NCBI GenBank assembly: GCA_038213805.1
Contig: JBBQSO010000119.1
Location: 1 to 13,853 of the forward strand
DNA: 13,853 nt
Direction of reading: 5' to 3'
DNA from: Planctomycetota bacterium
GTDB lineage: Bacteria; Planctomycetota; UBA11346
Under the pieces are notes generated by a model. That model ran no database searches. It was given only the letters and a program-made list of their open reading frames with translations, and was not told the origin of the DNA. This document shows, piece after piece, positions 1-7,608 of the stretch (within the stretch, counting starts at the first letter, position 1; each line of letters starts with the position of its first letter). Made by a program: the position numbers and the translations under genes.

Positions 1-1966
1 CTCCGCCGCGCCGCCGGGGGCCCCGGGCCCCCCGGGCGGCGCGGCCCCTCCCCCGGGGGCCGGGGGGCGCGGGGTGCCGGCGCCGGCCCCCCGCGCCCCC
101 GGGGATGGCCTGTCCCAACGCCGCCCCGCGACCGGCGACGCTGGTCGCGGTGAGGTCCCCACCGAGCGTGCGCGCGATGCCGCGGCTGATCGCCAGGCCG
201 AGCCCGGAACCCTCACTGCGGGCGCGGCCGGCGCCGACCTGGACGAAGGGCTGGAACAGGCGGGCCAGGTCGGCGGCGGCGATGCCGGGGCCGCTGTCGC
301 TGACGATGATGTCGAGGCGGCCGTCCGTGCACGCCGCGGCGACCTCGACCGCGCCGGAGGCGGTGAACTTCACCGCGTTCGAGAGCAGGTTGACGAGGAT
401 CTGGCGCAGCAGGCGCTGGTCGGTGCGTACGTAGCGCGGCAACGACCCGTCCATGGCCACGCGCAGGTCGAGACGCTTGTCGCTGGCGCGCAGCAGGAAC
501 AGGCTGCGCAGGCTTTCGAGCAGGTCGTGGAGGTCGAAGTCCTCGGGGCAGGCCGCGGCGTGCCCGGCCTCGATGCGCGACATGTCGAGGATGTCGCTGA
601 TCAGCGCCAGCAGGTGCTCGCCCGAGCGGTTGATCACCGCCACTGCGCGGCGCTGGCCCTCGTCGAGGTCGCGGTCGCGGCCGAGCATCTGCGCGTAGCC
701 GAGCACCGCGTTGAGCGGCGTGCGGATCTCGTGCGACATGCTCGCCAGGAAGTCGCTCTTGGCGCGGCTGGCGGCCTCCGCCTCGTCCTTGGCGCGCTGA
801 TAGGAGGCCTCCAGCCGCTGGGCCTCGGCGAGCGCCGCGAGCGCGCGCGCGTGGGCGTCCTCGGCCGCGCAGCGCAGGCCGACGGCGGCGCTGCGCTCCT
901 GCTCGAGCTCGCGGGTGCGCGCGGCGACCAGCTCCTCGAGGTGGTCGCGGTAGCCGAGCAGCTCGCGCTCGGCGCGCCTGCGCCCGCTGACGTCGCGCAC
1001 CGCCGCGATGCGCAGGCGCCGCCCGCCGAGCACGTAGTAGCGCAGTCGTACCTCAGCGTGGAGGGTCGCGCCATCGGCGCGCAGCATGGCGACCTCGTAG
1101 TCGAGGTCGTCTTCGGCGACGATACGGTTGAGGAAGTCACTGCGGCATTCCGGGGCGATCAGCTCCGAGAGCATGCGCCCGCGCAGCGGCGCGAGCGTGA
1201 CGTGGCCGAGCATGGCCAGGAACTGCGCGTTGGCGTCCACCAGCACGCCCCGCTCGGACATCACGATGCCCTCGAAGGCCGCCTCGGCGAGGGCGCGGAA
1301 GCGCAGCTCGCGTTCGTGCAGCTCGCCCTGGTGCGCGGACCGCACCAGGTACAGACCGCGCGCGGCGCCGAGCAGGGCGAGCAGGAGGGTGAAGATCCCG
1401 CAGCCGATCACCGCCTCGACGGCGTGGGCGCGCTCGGCGGTCGCGCGGCGCTCGCCGGCGAGCAGCGCCAAGAGCCGCTCGACCTGGGCGCGGTGGTTGG
1501 CGAAGGCCGCCGCGAGCGGACCGTCGACCAGCGCGCCCGCGCCAGCGCGGTCGCCTTGCGCCAGCGCCGGCAGCAGGCGGCCCGTGGCGACGGCGAAGAA
1601 CGCCTCCGCCGAGCGCTCGAGATCCTCGAACGCCCGGCGCGTGGGCACCGCGCGGCCGCCGAGGCGCGTGCGCCAGGCACCAGCGCACGTCTGGTAGCGC
1701 TCCTTGAGCGCCGCGAAGCGCGCCTGCCCAGGTGCAGGGTCGTCGATCAGCACCATCTGCAGCGCGACCATCATCGACTCTACCAGATAGAGCGGCGGCG
1801 GCTCGATGTCGCCGATCAGGTCCTGGTCAACGCTGATCTGCCGCGAGAAGACCCCATCGATGCCGGTCTGCCCGACCAGCAGCGCCGCGGCCAGGCCGAG
1901 CAGCAGCAGGCCGCCCAGCGAGATGGCGAGCAGCACTGAGAAGCGTCGGGAGAGCTTGGCGGTCAT
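1..1966 (-). CDS. Membrane sensor histidine kinase (TM - periplasmic helical sensor - TM - PAS - coiled coil - HisKA - HATPase); runs off the window edge, possibly a hybrid kinase
   Basis: Not in the ORF track because it has no stop before the edge. Manual translation from ATG 1966 gives MTAKLSRRFSVLLAISLGGLLLLGLAAALLVG (TM1), DLIGDIEPPPLYLVE, VIGCGIFTLLLALLGAA (TM2) and a PAS region (FRALAEAAFEGIVMSERGVLVDANAQF...AVRDVS). It also gives the H-box AKSDFLASMSHEIRTPLNAVLG (His codon 733-731), N-box LRQILVNLLSNAVKFT, G1 VSDSGPGI, F-box LFQPFVQ and G2 EGSGLGLAIS. Confidence 0.93.
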   Translation of the reverse strand, partial: MTAKLSRRFSVLLAISLGGLLLLGLAAALLVGQTGIDGVFSRQISVDQDLIGDIEPPPLYLVESMMVALQMVLIDDPAPGQARFAALKERYQTCAGAWRTRLGGRAVPTRRAFEDLERSAEAFFAVATGRLLPALAQGDRAGAGALVDGPLAAAFANHRAQVERLLALLAGERRATAERAHAVEAVIGCGIFTLLLALLGAARGLYLVRSAHQGELHERELRFRALAEAAFEGIVMSERGVLVDANAQFLAMLGHVTLAPLRGRMLSELIAPECRSDFLNRIVAEDDLDYEVAMLRADGATLHAEVRLRYYVLGGRRLRIAAVRDVSGRRRAERELLGYRDHLEELVAARTRELEQERSAAVGLRCAAEDAHARALAALAEAQRLEASYQRAKDEAEAASRAKSDFLASMSHEIRTPLNAVLGYAQMLGRDRDLDEGQRRAVAVINRSGEHLLALISDILDMSRIEAGHAAACPEDFDLHDLLESLRSLFLLRASDKRLDLRVAMDGSLPRYVRTDQRLLRQILVNLLSNAVKFTASGAVEVAAACTDGRLDIIVSDSGPGIAAADLARLFQPFVQVGAGRARSEGSGLGLAISRGIARTLGGDLTATSVAGRGAALGQAIPGGAGGRRRHPAPPGPRGRGRAARGARGPRRRGG

Positions 1967-2413
1967 CGGTACGTTGGCGTGGGGCGGGATCGTCCGAGCA
2001 TCCGGCTAGGGCAGCATAACTCAAGAACAGGCGCAACGGGAGGAAGGGGAGAAGACGTGACGGAGGAGAGCATCGGGGCAGGCGGCGGCCTGCGACGGTG
2101 GCGGTCCGGACCCCCGCGACCCATGCGTGATGGTCCCACCGACAGGGCGTCAAAAATGGCACCTGGCATCGCTGGTCATCCGGCCTGGATGGCAAGGCCG
2201 ACGAAGCACCGAGGATGCAGGGCATTTTCAAGCCTCGTCCACGGCAGCCAGACAGGTCGGACGGCCGGCGAAGCGCCGGGCGAGTCTTCGCAACACCTGG
2301 CTCGTCCACAGCAGATCCGACGGCGCACTCCATCTTCCCTCCCGTCTTCGCGCCTCCCCTTCGTGCCTGCCCTGTGCCCCGCGCCCCGCCCCGCCCCGTC
2401 AGCTTCCTACCCT

Positions 2414-2785
2414 TCAGGCACGCAGCGTGCCCAAAGCCTTCTCCACCGCCGCCACGATGCGGTCGGGCTCGAAAGGCTTGATCACGAAGTCGCACACGCC
2501 GAGGCGGGTGGCGCGCAGCATGGCGTCGCGCTGGTCGACGGCGGTGACCATGATGACCTTGGCCGCGGGGTCGAGCTGGCGGATGCCGGCCAGCGCCGCT
2601 AGGCCGTCGGCGTGTGGCATGACGATGTCCAGGGTGGTGAGGTCGGGACGCAGCTCGCGGAAGCGCGCCACCGCCTCGTTGCCGTCCGCCGCCTCGCCGC
2701 AGATGGTGAAGCCGAGCGGTTGCAGCGCGTCGCGGATGAGTTTGCGCATGAACATCGAGTCGTCGACGATCAGGATGCGCGTCAT
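2414..2785 (-). CDS. cheY: Chemotaxis response regulator CheY (single receiver domain, Bacillus/Thermotoga-like)
   Basis: ILIVDDSMFMR, GEAADG, PDLTTLD53IVMP, VIMVT and FVIKPF: all catalytic receiver residues are present. Its ATG overlaps the STAS stop codon (ATGA), and it lies in a che cluster. Confidence 0.93.
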   Translation of the reverse strand: MTRILIVDDSMFMRKLIRDALQPLGFTICGEAADGNEAVARFRELRPDLTTLDIVMPHADGLAALAGIRQLDPAAKVIMVTAVDQRDAMLRATRLGVCDFVIKPFEPDRIVAAVEKALGTLRA

Positions 2786-3084
2786 TGCCCACCGCCCGGG
2801 ATCGCGTCGACGGTCAGGGCCTGGTCGAGGCGCAGTGCGCGCAGCTGCTCAAGAGCCGGCCCTTCGCCGGCCAGGTGCAGGCCGCCGCCGACGTGGCGCA
2901 CGATCGCGCCGGCGTGCAGCAGGAAGGCGGGCAGGGCGGCCGAGGCCAGCACCGCGTCGGCGGTGAAGGTCACCACGAGATCAAGCTTGCCGTTGCGCAC
3001 CGCGGCGCGCACGCGCGCCGCCAGGGCCTCGGCCCGGGCGTGGTCGAGCACGCCGCTGGCGGTGATGGTGATGGGATCGGTCAT
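2782..3084 (-). CDS. STAS-domain protein, anti-sigma-factor antagonist-like
   Basis: 100 aa. ITASGVLDHARAEAL matches the G-x-LD start of STAS domains. VLAS48AAL aligns with SpoIIAA-type FMDSSGL. GGGLHLAG and LRALRLDQAL match the STAS C-terminal pattern. Divergent from the consensus. Confidence 0.72.
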   Translation of the reverse strand: MTDPITITASGVLDHARAEALAARVRAAVRNGKLDLVVTFTADAVLASAALPAFLLHAGAIVRHVGGGLHLAGEGPALEQLRALRLDQALTVDAIPGGGQ

Positions 3085-3113
3085 GGCTTGTGCTTCCTGG
3101 GGGCTCGGTGCGC

Positions 3114-3668
3114 TCAGATGACGGCTGCTTGGTTGCCGAAGTCCTCGACCACCATGCGCAGCGATGATGCGTCGAAGTCGATGCGGCGGCCGACGGTGCC
3201 GCCCATGTGGCGGGCGACGATCGGGATGCCGGCCGCGTGCAGGGCCTCCTCGACCGCGGCGATGTTGCTGGCGCCGATGTCGCGGCTGTAATCGATGGCG
3301 TGGTCGAACATGCGCGCGCCGCCGGCCATCTTGGCGCGCAGGCGGTTGCGTCCGGCGCCGTGCGCGATCAGGGACTCGACCAGGCAGGTGACGGCGTGGT
3401 CGCCGTACTTGCCGGGCAGCGCGCCGCGCGGCTTGCCCTGCGAGCTGGGCAGCAGCACGTGGGCCATGCCGGTGAGGCGGGTCTCGAGGTCGAAGATCAC
3501 CAGGCCGATGCAGCTGCCCAGCACGGTCTGCAGCCGGTGCGGCGGACGGGCGATGTGCACCTGGCCGATCAGCACCTTGATCTCCTTGACCTCGCGCGCC
3601 ACCGCCAGCGCCGCATCGATCTTGAGGAAGGTGTCGGTGCGCTTGCGGATGGTCTCGGTGGCGGTCAT
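3114..3668 (-). CDS. cheD: Chemoreceptor glutamine deamidase CheD
   Basis: TVLGSC53IG...GMAH70VLLP catalytic Cys/His, plus GKYGD, AKMAGGARMF, IGASN and GGTVGRRI motifs. ATGA overlap with the cheC stop. Confidence 0.95.
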   Translation of the reverse strand: MTATETIRKRTDTFLKIDAALAVAREVKEIKVLIGQVHIARPPHRLQTVLGSCIGLVIFDLETRLTGMAHVLLPSSQGKPRGALPGKYGDHAVTCLVESLIAHGAGRNRLRAKMAGGARMFDHAIDYSRDIGASNIAAVEEALHAAGIPIVARHMGGTVGRRIDFDASSLRMVVEDFGNQAAVI

Positions 3669-4273
3669 GGCGCGACCTTCCCGCTGATCAGCGTCAGGGC
3701 CTCGGCATCGGCGAGAAAGATCAGGCGGATGCGCGGGCCGCCGGCGCCGGCCGGCCCGGTCAGGCGCGCCGTCACCACCAGCGCGTCATCGGCGGCCTCG
3801 GCGGCCTGGAGCAGGATGGTGGCCCAGGCCGCGGTGCCGAAGTCGACGCGTACCGCGGGTGCGTAGGGGATGGCGAACAGGCCGAGGGCGCTGGCCATGC
3901 CATTCATGAACGACGAGAACAGGATGTTCGCGGTCTCCTGAAGCATCGAGCGCTCCAACTCGCCGAGCGTCCCCAGCGAGCCCTCCTCCGGCAGCACGCC
4001 ACCCAGGCAGGCGACCAGGGCGGCCGCGTCGCGGTGCGCCAGATGGGCGACGGTGTGCCCAGGCAGCGCGCCCTTGACGCGTGCGGCGAGCATGATCGTG
4101 GCCTCGTCGTCGGCGCCGACCTCCTCGGGGATGAGGTCGATGCCGATCATCTCGACCACGGCGGCCTCGACCGCGATCGGTTGGCGCAGCCAGCGCGCGA
4201 GCATGGTCGCCGCGTTCTCGGCACCGCCGCGCGCGACCGCGGCGAAATTCCCCGCAAGCTTGAGGTCGAGCAT
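3665..4273 (-). CDS. cheC: CheC-family CheY-P phosphatase
   Basis: Probable start at ATG 4273, 1 nt after the cheA stop, with GGAAGG upstream. Contains GAENAATMLARWL and an intact S-x3-E-x2-N motif (SMLQETANIL). Adjacent to cheD. The 45 N-terminal residues in the ORF track overlap cheA and are not credible. Confidence 0.85.
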   Translation of the reverse strand: MLDLKLAGNFAAVARGGAENAATMLARWLRQPIAVEAAVVEMIGIDLIPEEVGADDEATIMLAARVKGALPGHTVAHLAHRDAAALVACLGGVLPEEGSLGTLGELERSMLQETANILFSSFMNGMASALGLFAIPYAPAVRVDFGTAAWATILLQAAEAADDALVVTARLTGPAGAGGPRIRLIFLADAEALTLISGKVAP

Positions 4274-4274
4274 C

Positions 4275-7200
4275 TCAGTGGCCTTCCATGCTGGTGGTGG
4301 TGGCGGTGGTGGCGGCTGGGCGCGGCCGGCGGCCGGCGTTGGGCGAGGTGGGCGCGCTGGCCGCCGCGCCAGGTGGCCGGCGGGTGCGCGACAGGTCGTG
4401 GATGCCATGGATGTCGAGGATCAGCGCCACCCCGCCATCGCCGAGCACGGTCGCGCCGCTCAGGCCGCGCACGTGGGCGAACTCCTGGCCGAGCGGCTTG
4501 ACCACGATCTCTTCGTCGCCGATCACCTGGTCGACGGCGATGGCCAGGGTCTCGCCGGCGCCCTTGGTGACCACCGCGCGCACCGTGCCGCCCGGCGCGC
4601 TCAGCGGCGAGATGCCGATCACCTGGTGCAGGTCGAGCAGGCTGATGACCTGGTCGCGCAGGAAGATCACCCGACCCTTGCCCTCGACGCTGCGCACGTC
4701 CTCCTGGCGCAGTTCGACGATCTCGCGCACGCAGTCGAGCGGGAAGGCGAAGCGCGCCTCGCCGATGCGCACCAGCAGCGAGTCGATCATCGCCAGGGTG
4801 AGTGGCAGCGCGATGGTGAACGACGAGCCCTGTCCGGGGGTCGAGGTGATGTCGATCTTGCCCTTCAGGGCGGTGACCTTGTTCTTGACGATGTCCATGC
4901 CGACGCCGCGACCGGAGATGTTGGTGACCTGCGCCGCGGTGGAGAATCCCGGCAGGAAGATGAACTGGAAGGTCTCCTCCGGAGTCAGGCGCGCGGCGGC
5001 CTCGGCGGTGACCAGGCCGCGCTCGATGGCCTTGGTGCGGATGCGCTCGACGTCCAGGCCGCGGCCGTCGTCGCCGACGCGGATGCAGATCATGCCGCCC
5101 TGGTGGAAGGCCTCGAGCCGGACCGTGCCCTGGCGCGGCTTGCCGGCCTTGACGCGGTCATCGGGCGTCTCGAGGCCATGATCCATGCTGTTGCGGATGA
5201 GGTGGGTGAGCGGATCGCCGATCTCGTCGATGAGCTTCTTATCGAGTTCGGTGTTCTCGCCGGCGGTGACCAGCTTGGCGTCGCGGTTGTTCTCCTTGCA
5301 AAGGTCGCGCACCAGGCGGTGGAAGCGCTGGAAGAGCGGGCCGATCGGCACCATGCGCGCCTGCATCACGCTGAGCTGCATGGCGCTGATGTGGCGGTGC
5401 AGCTCGAGGGTGGTGTCGCGGGTGCGGCGCACCTCCTCCTGCGCGCGGCGCAGGGCGGCGATGCCGCTGCTCAGGCGCGCGGTCGGCGCGCCGCCACCCT
5501 GTCGGGCGACGAGGTGCTCGAGCATGCGCGCGTCGACGCCGTCGAGCAGGCGCACCATGCCGTCGATCTGCTGGGTGAGGCGCGCCTTGGTGATGACCAG
5601 CTCGCCGGTGGTGTTGAGCAGGTGGTCGAGGCGCGCGGTCTCGACGCGCACCGTGTCCATCACCGCTGCGGCCGGCGCGACGGGGACGGCGGCCTTGACC
5701 GGCACGGTCACGGACGATGCGGCCCCGGCCGCGACCGCGACGGCGGCGGCGGGCGCAGCGGCCGGAGCCGTCGGCGCGGTGGCCGCGGGCAGCGCATCGA
5801 GCGCCCAGTCCCGGACCTGGTCGCAGGCCAGCGCCGCGGCGACCTCCGCACGCGCCGCGGCCGACGCCAGCAGCACCAGCAGCGGCGGCGGCTCGGGCAG
5901 GCCGTGCTCGAGTTCAGCGAGGGTCGGGCGCGAGTAGGCCACCGTGCCGAGCTTGGCGAGGTTGCCCAGGATCATGCTCAGGCGCAGGTCGGCGAGCGGG
6001 CTTTGCGGGGTGAGCAGCAGGCGCACCTTCCACAGCGGCCGACCCGCGGCGGCGGCATGCGCCGCGGCGAGCTCGGCCTCGCCCGGGAGCCAGGCAGGCA
6101 GGGCGGTGACGGCCGCGCCGAGCACGGCCAGGCGCGCGCCGATGGTCGCGTCCAGGCCGGCGACGTCCGGCGCGTTCTGGTCGCCACGCTCGACGCGGTC
6201 GGCGCACGCCTGCAGCGCGTCCTTGGTCGCGAACAGCGCGCCGATCGCCTGCGCGTCGAGTCGCAGCCGGCCTTCGCGCAGTGCTGCGAGCAGGTGTTCT
6301 CCCTGGTGGGCGAGGCGCGCCATCTCGTCGAGGCCGATGCTGGCGCTGGCGCCCTTGAGCGAATGCAGCTGGCGGAACACCGCGTCGAGGTGCGCCGCTT
6401 CGTCGGGCTTGCGTTCCAGGTCGAGCAGCGCGGCGTCGAGTTCGCCGAGGTGCTCGCGGCTGGTGCTCAGCCACAGCGGCAGGTTGGTCACCGCCTCGGG
6501 CCTGACCACCAGCCGGTCGTGGCGGCGCAGCAGGGTCGCGGGGTCGCGGCCGATGCGCTGACATTCCGGGCGGGCCGTCCCGGCCTTCAGCACCCAGGCC
6601 TCGCCGAGCGGCACGGCCAGGGCCGGCAGCACCTGCTGCGGCTCGCCGGCCAGGAACACCAGCAGGCCCATGGCCAGCGCGTAGTCGCCGACCGGCGCAT
6701 CCAGATCCGCCGGTCCGGAGAGCAGGTGGAACATGCGGCGGACGTGGCCAGCGGTCTGCACGCTGGCGAGCGCCGCGGCGGCGCCGGCGGGGAAGGCGAT
6801 GAGGTCGGCCGCGGTGAAGCGCAGCGCGACCACCTGGCGGTCGGCGGCGTTGGCGAACATCGCCTCGCACACGTCCTCCTCGTCGAGACGGCCGTGCAGC
6901 CACGCAGGCAGCGGACCGAGGTGGTCCTCGGCCGGATCCACGACCGTGGGTGCGGGTGCGGCCGGCGCCGTGGCCGGTGCGTGCGCCACGGGGGCGGGCA
7001 CGCTGACGACCGGGGCGGGCGCAGGCGCGGCGGCCACGGCCGTGCGGCCGGCCAGGATGGCGTCAAGCAGCGCCATGGCCGGCGCGGTGTCGACCTCCTG
7101 CGCGACGCCGGAGGCGATGTTGGCGAGCAGCGCCGCCACCACGTCGAAGGACGGGAACAGCGCGTCGATGACTTGGCCGCTGAACGCGAGCTTGCCATGG

Positions 7201-7442
7201 CGAACCTGATCGAGGACCGACTCCATACGGTGCGTGACGTTGCAGATGTCGGTGAGCTTGAGAAAGCCCGCCGCGCCCTTCAGCGAGTGCGCGGCGCGGA
7301 ACATCTCGGCGATGTCCTCGGCCCCGGAGCGGCCCTGCTCGGCCGCGAGCAGGCGCTCGTTAAGCGTGGCGAGGTGCTTGCCAGCCTCGTCGAGGAAACC
7401 GGTGACCATGTCCTGGTCGAGTCCGTGCGAGGGTGCGTTCAT
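4275..7442 (-). CDS. cheA: Chemotaxis histidine kinase CheA with two Hpt domains (Hpt - P2-like - Hpt - P2 - dimerisation - HATPase - CheW)
   Basis: MFRAAH52SLKG and VFRQLH360SLKG; dimerisation TVRVETARLDHLLNTTGELVI; PLTHLIRNSMDHGLE; DDGRGLD; FLPGFSTAAQVTNISGRGVGMDIVK; LPLTLA; C-terminal CheW-like domain (EIVVKPLG...GATVLGDGGVALILD). Confidence 0.97.
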   Translation of the reverse strand: MNAPSHGLDQDMVTGFLDEAGKHLATLNERLLAAEQGRSGAEDIAEMFRAAHSLKGAAGFLKLTDICNVTHRMESVLDQVRHGKLAFSGQVIDALFPSFDVVAALLANIASGVAQEVDTAPAMALLDAILAGRTAVAAAPAPAPVVSVPAPVAHAPATAPAAPAPTVVDPAEDHLGPLPAWLHGRLDEEDVCEAMFANAADRQVVALRFTAADLIAFPAGAAAALASVQTAGHVRRMFHLLSGPADLDAPVGDYALAMGLLVFLAGEPQQVLPALAVPLGEAWVLKAGTARPECQRIGRDPATLLRRHDRLVVRPEAVTNLPLWLSTSREHLGELDAALLDLERKPDEAAHLDAVFRQLHSLKGASASIGLDEMARLAHQGEHLLAALREGRLRLDAQAIGALFATKDALQACADRVERGDQNAPDVAGLDATIGARLAVLGAAVTALPAWLPGEAELAAAHAAAAGRPLWKVRLLLTPQSPLADLRLSMILGNLAKLGTVAYSRPTLAELEHGLPEPPPLLVLLASAAARAEVAAALACDQVRDWALDALPAATAPTAPAAAPAAAVAVAAGAASSVTVPVKAAVPVAPAAAVMDTVRVETARLDHLLNTTGELVITKARLTQQIDGMVRLLDGVDARMLEHLVARQGGGAPTARLSSGIAALRRAQEEVRRTRDTTLELHRHISAMQLSVMQARMVPIGPLFQRFHRLVRDLCKENNRDAKLVTAGENTELDKKLIDEIGDPLTHLIRNSMDHGLETPDDRVKAGKPRQGTVRLEAFHQGGMICIRVGDDGRGLDVERIRTKAIERGLVTAEAAARLTPEETFQFIFLPGFSTAAQVTNISGRGVGMDIVKNKVTALKGKIDITSTPGQGSSFTIALPLTLAMIDSLLVRIGEARFAFPLDCVREIVELRQEDVRSVEGKGRVIFLRDQVISLLDLHQVIGISPLSAPGGTVRAVVTKGAGETLAIAVDQVIGDEEIVVKPLGQEFAHVRGLSGATVLGDGGVALILDIHGIHDLSRTRRPPGAAASAPTSPNAGRRPRPAATTATTTSMEGH

Positions 7443-7608
7443 GTCAGCGCTTCCTGGAGATGGTCGGCTGGACGGAGGCGAGGCCGTGCGGGTATGCGTT
7501 CATGTCAGCGCTTCCTAGAGATGGTCGGCTGGACGGAGGCGAGGCCGGGCGGGCCTTCATGTCAGCGCTTCCTGTAGATGGTCGGCTGGACGTAGGCGAA
7601 GCCGTGCG
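7438..7608. repeat. Three near-tandem copies of a 53-bp unit spanning the cheR 3' end and the cheA start codon
   Basis: ttcatgtcagcgcttcct(gt/ag/gg)agatggtcggctggacg(t/g)aggcga(a/g)gccg(t/g)gcg at 7438-7490, 7499-7551 and 7556-7608. Periods are 61 and 57 bp. Confidence 0.95.

Noticed and set aside
74..1939. 621-aa plus-strand ORF
   Set aside because: In-register antisense shadow of the minus-strand histidine kinase; no recognisable motifs.
2157..2173. Plus-strand sigma54-like TGGCACCTGGCATCGCT
   Set aside because: GG-to-GC spacing is 11 rather than 10 nt, and it points away from any credible gene.
1827..2792. 321-aa minus-strand ORF and the 68-aa ORF 1963-2169
   Set aside because: The long ORF is an Arg/Pro-rich alternative frame overlapping cheY and the kinase. 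The short ORF has no recognisable features, despite its ATGA overlap with the kinase start.
7438..7608. CRISPR array interpretation of the three repeats
   Set aside because: The unit is 53 bp of cheR/cheA sequence, the gaps are only 8 and 4 nt, and no cas genes are present.
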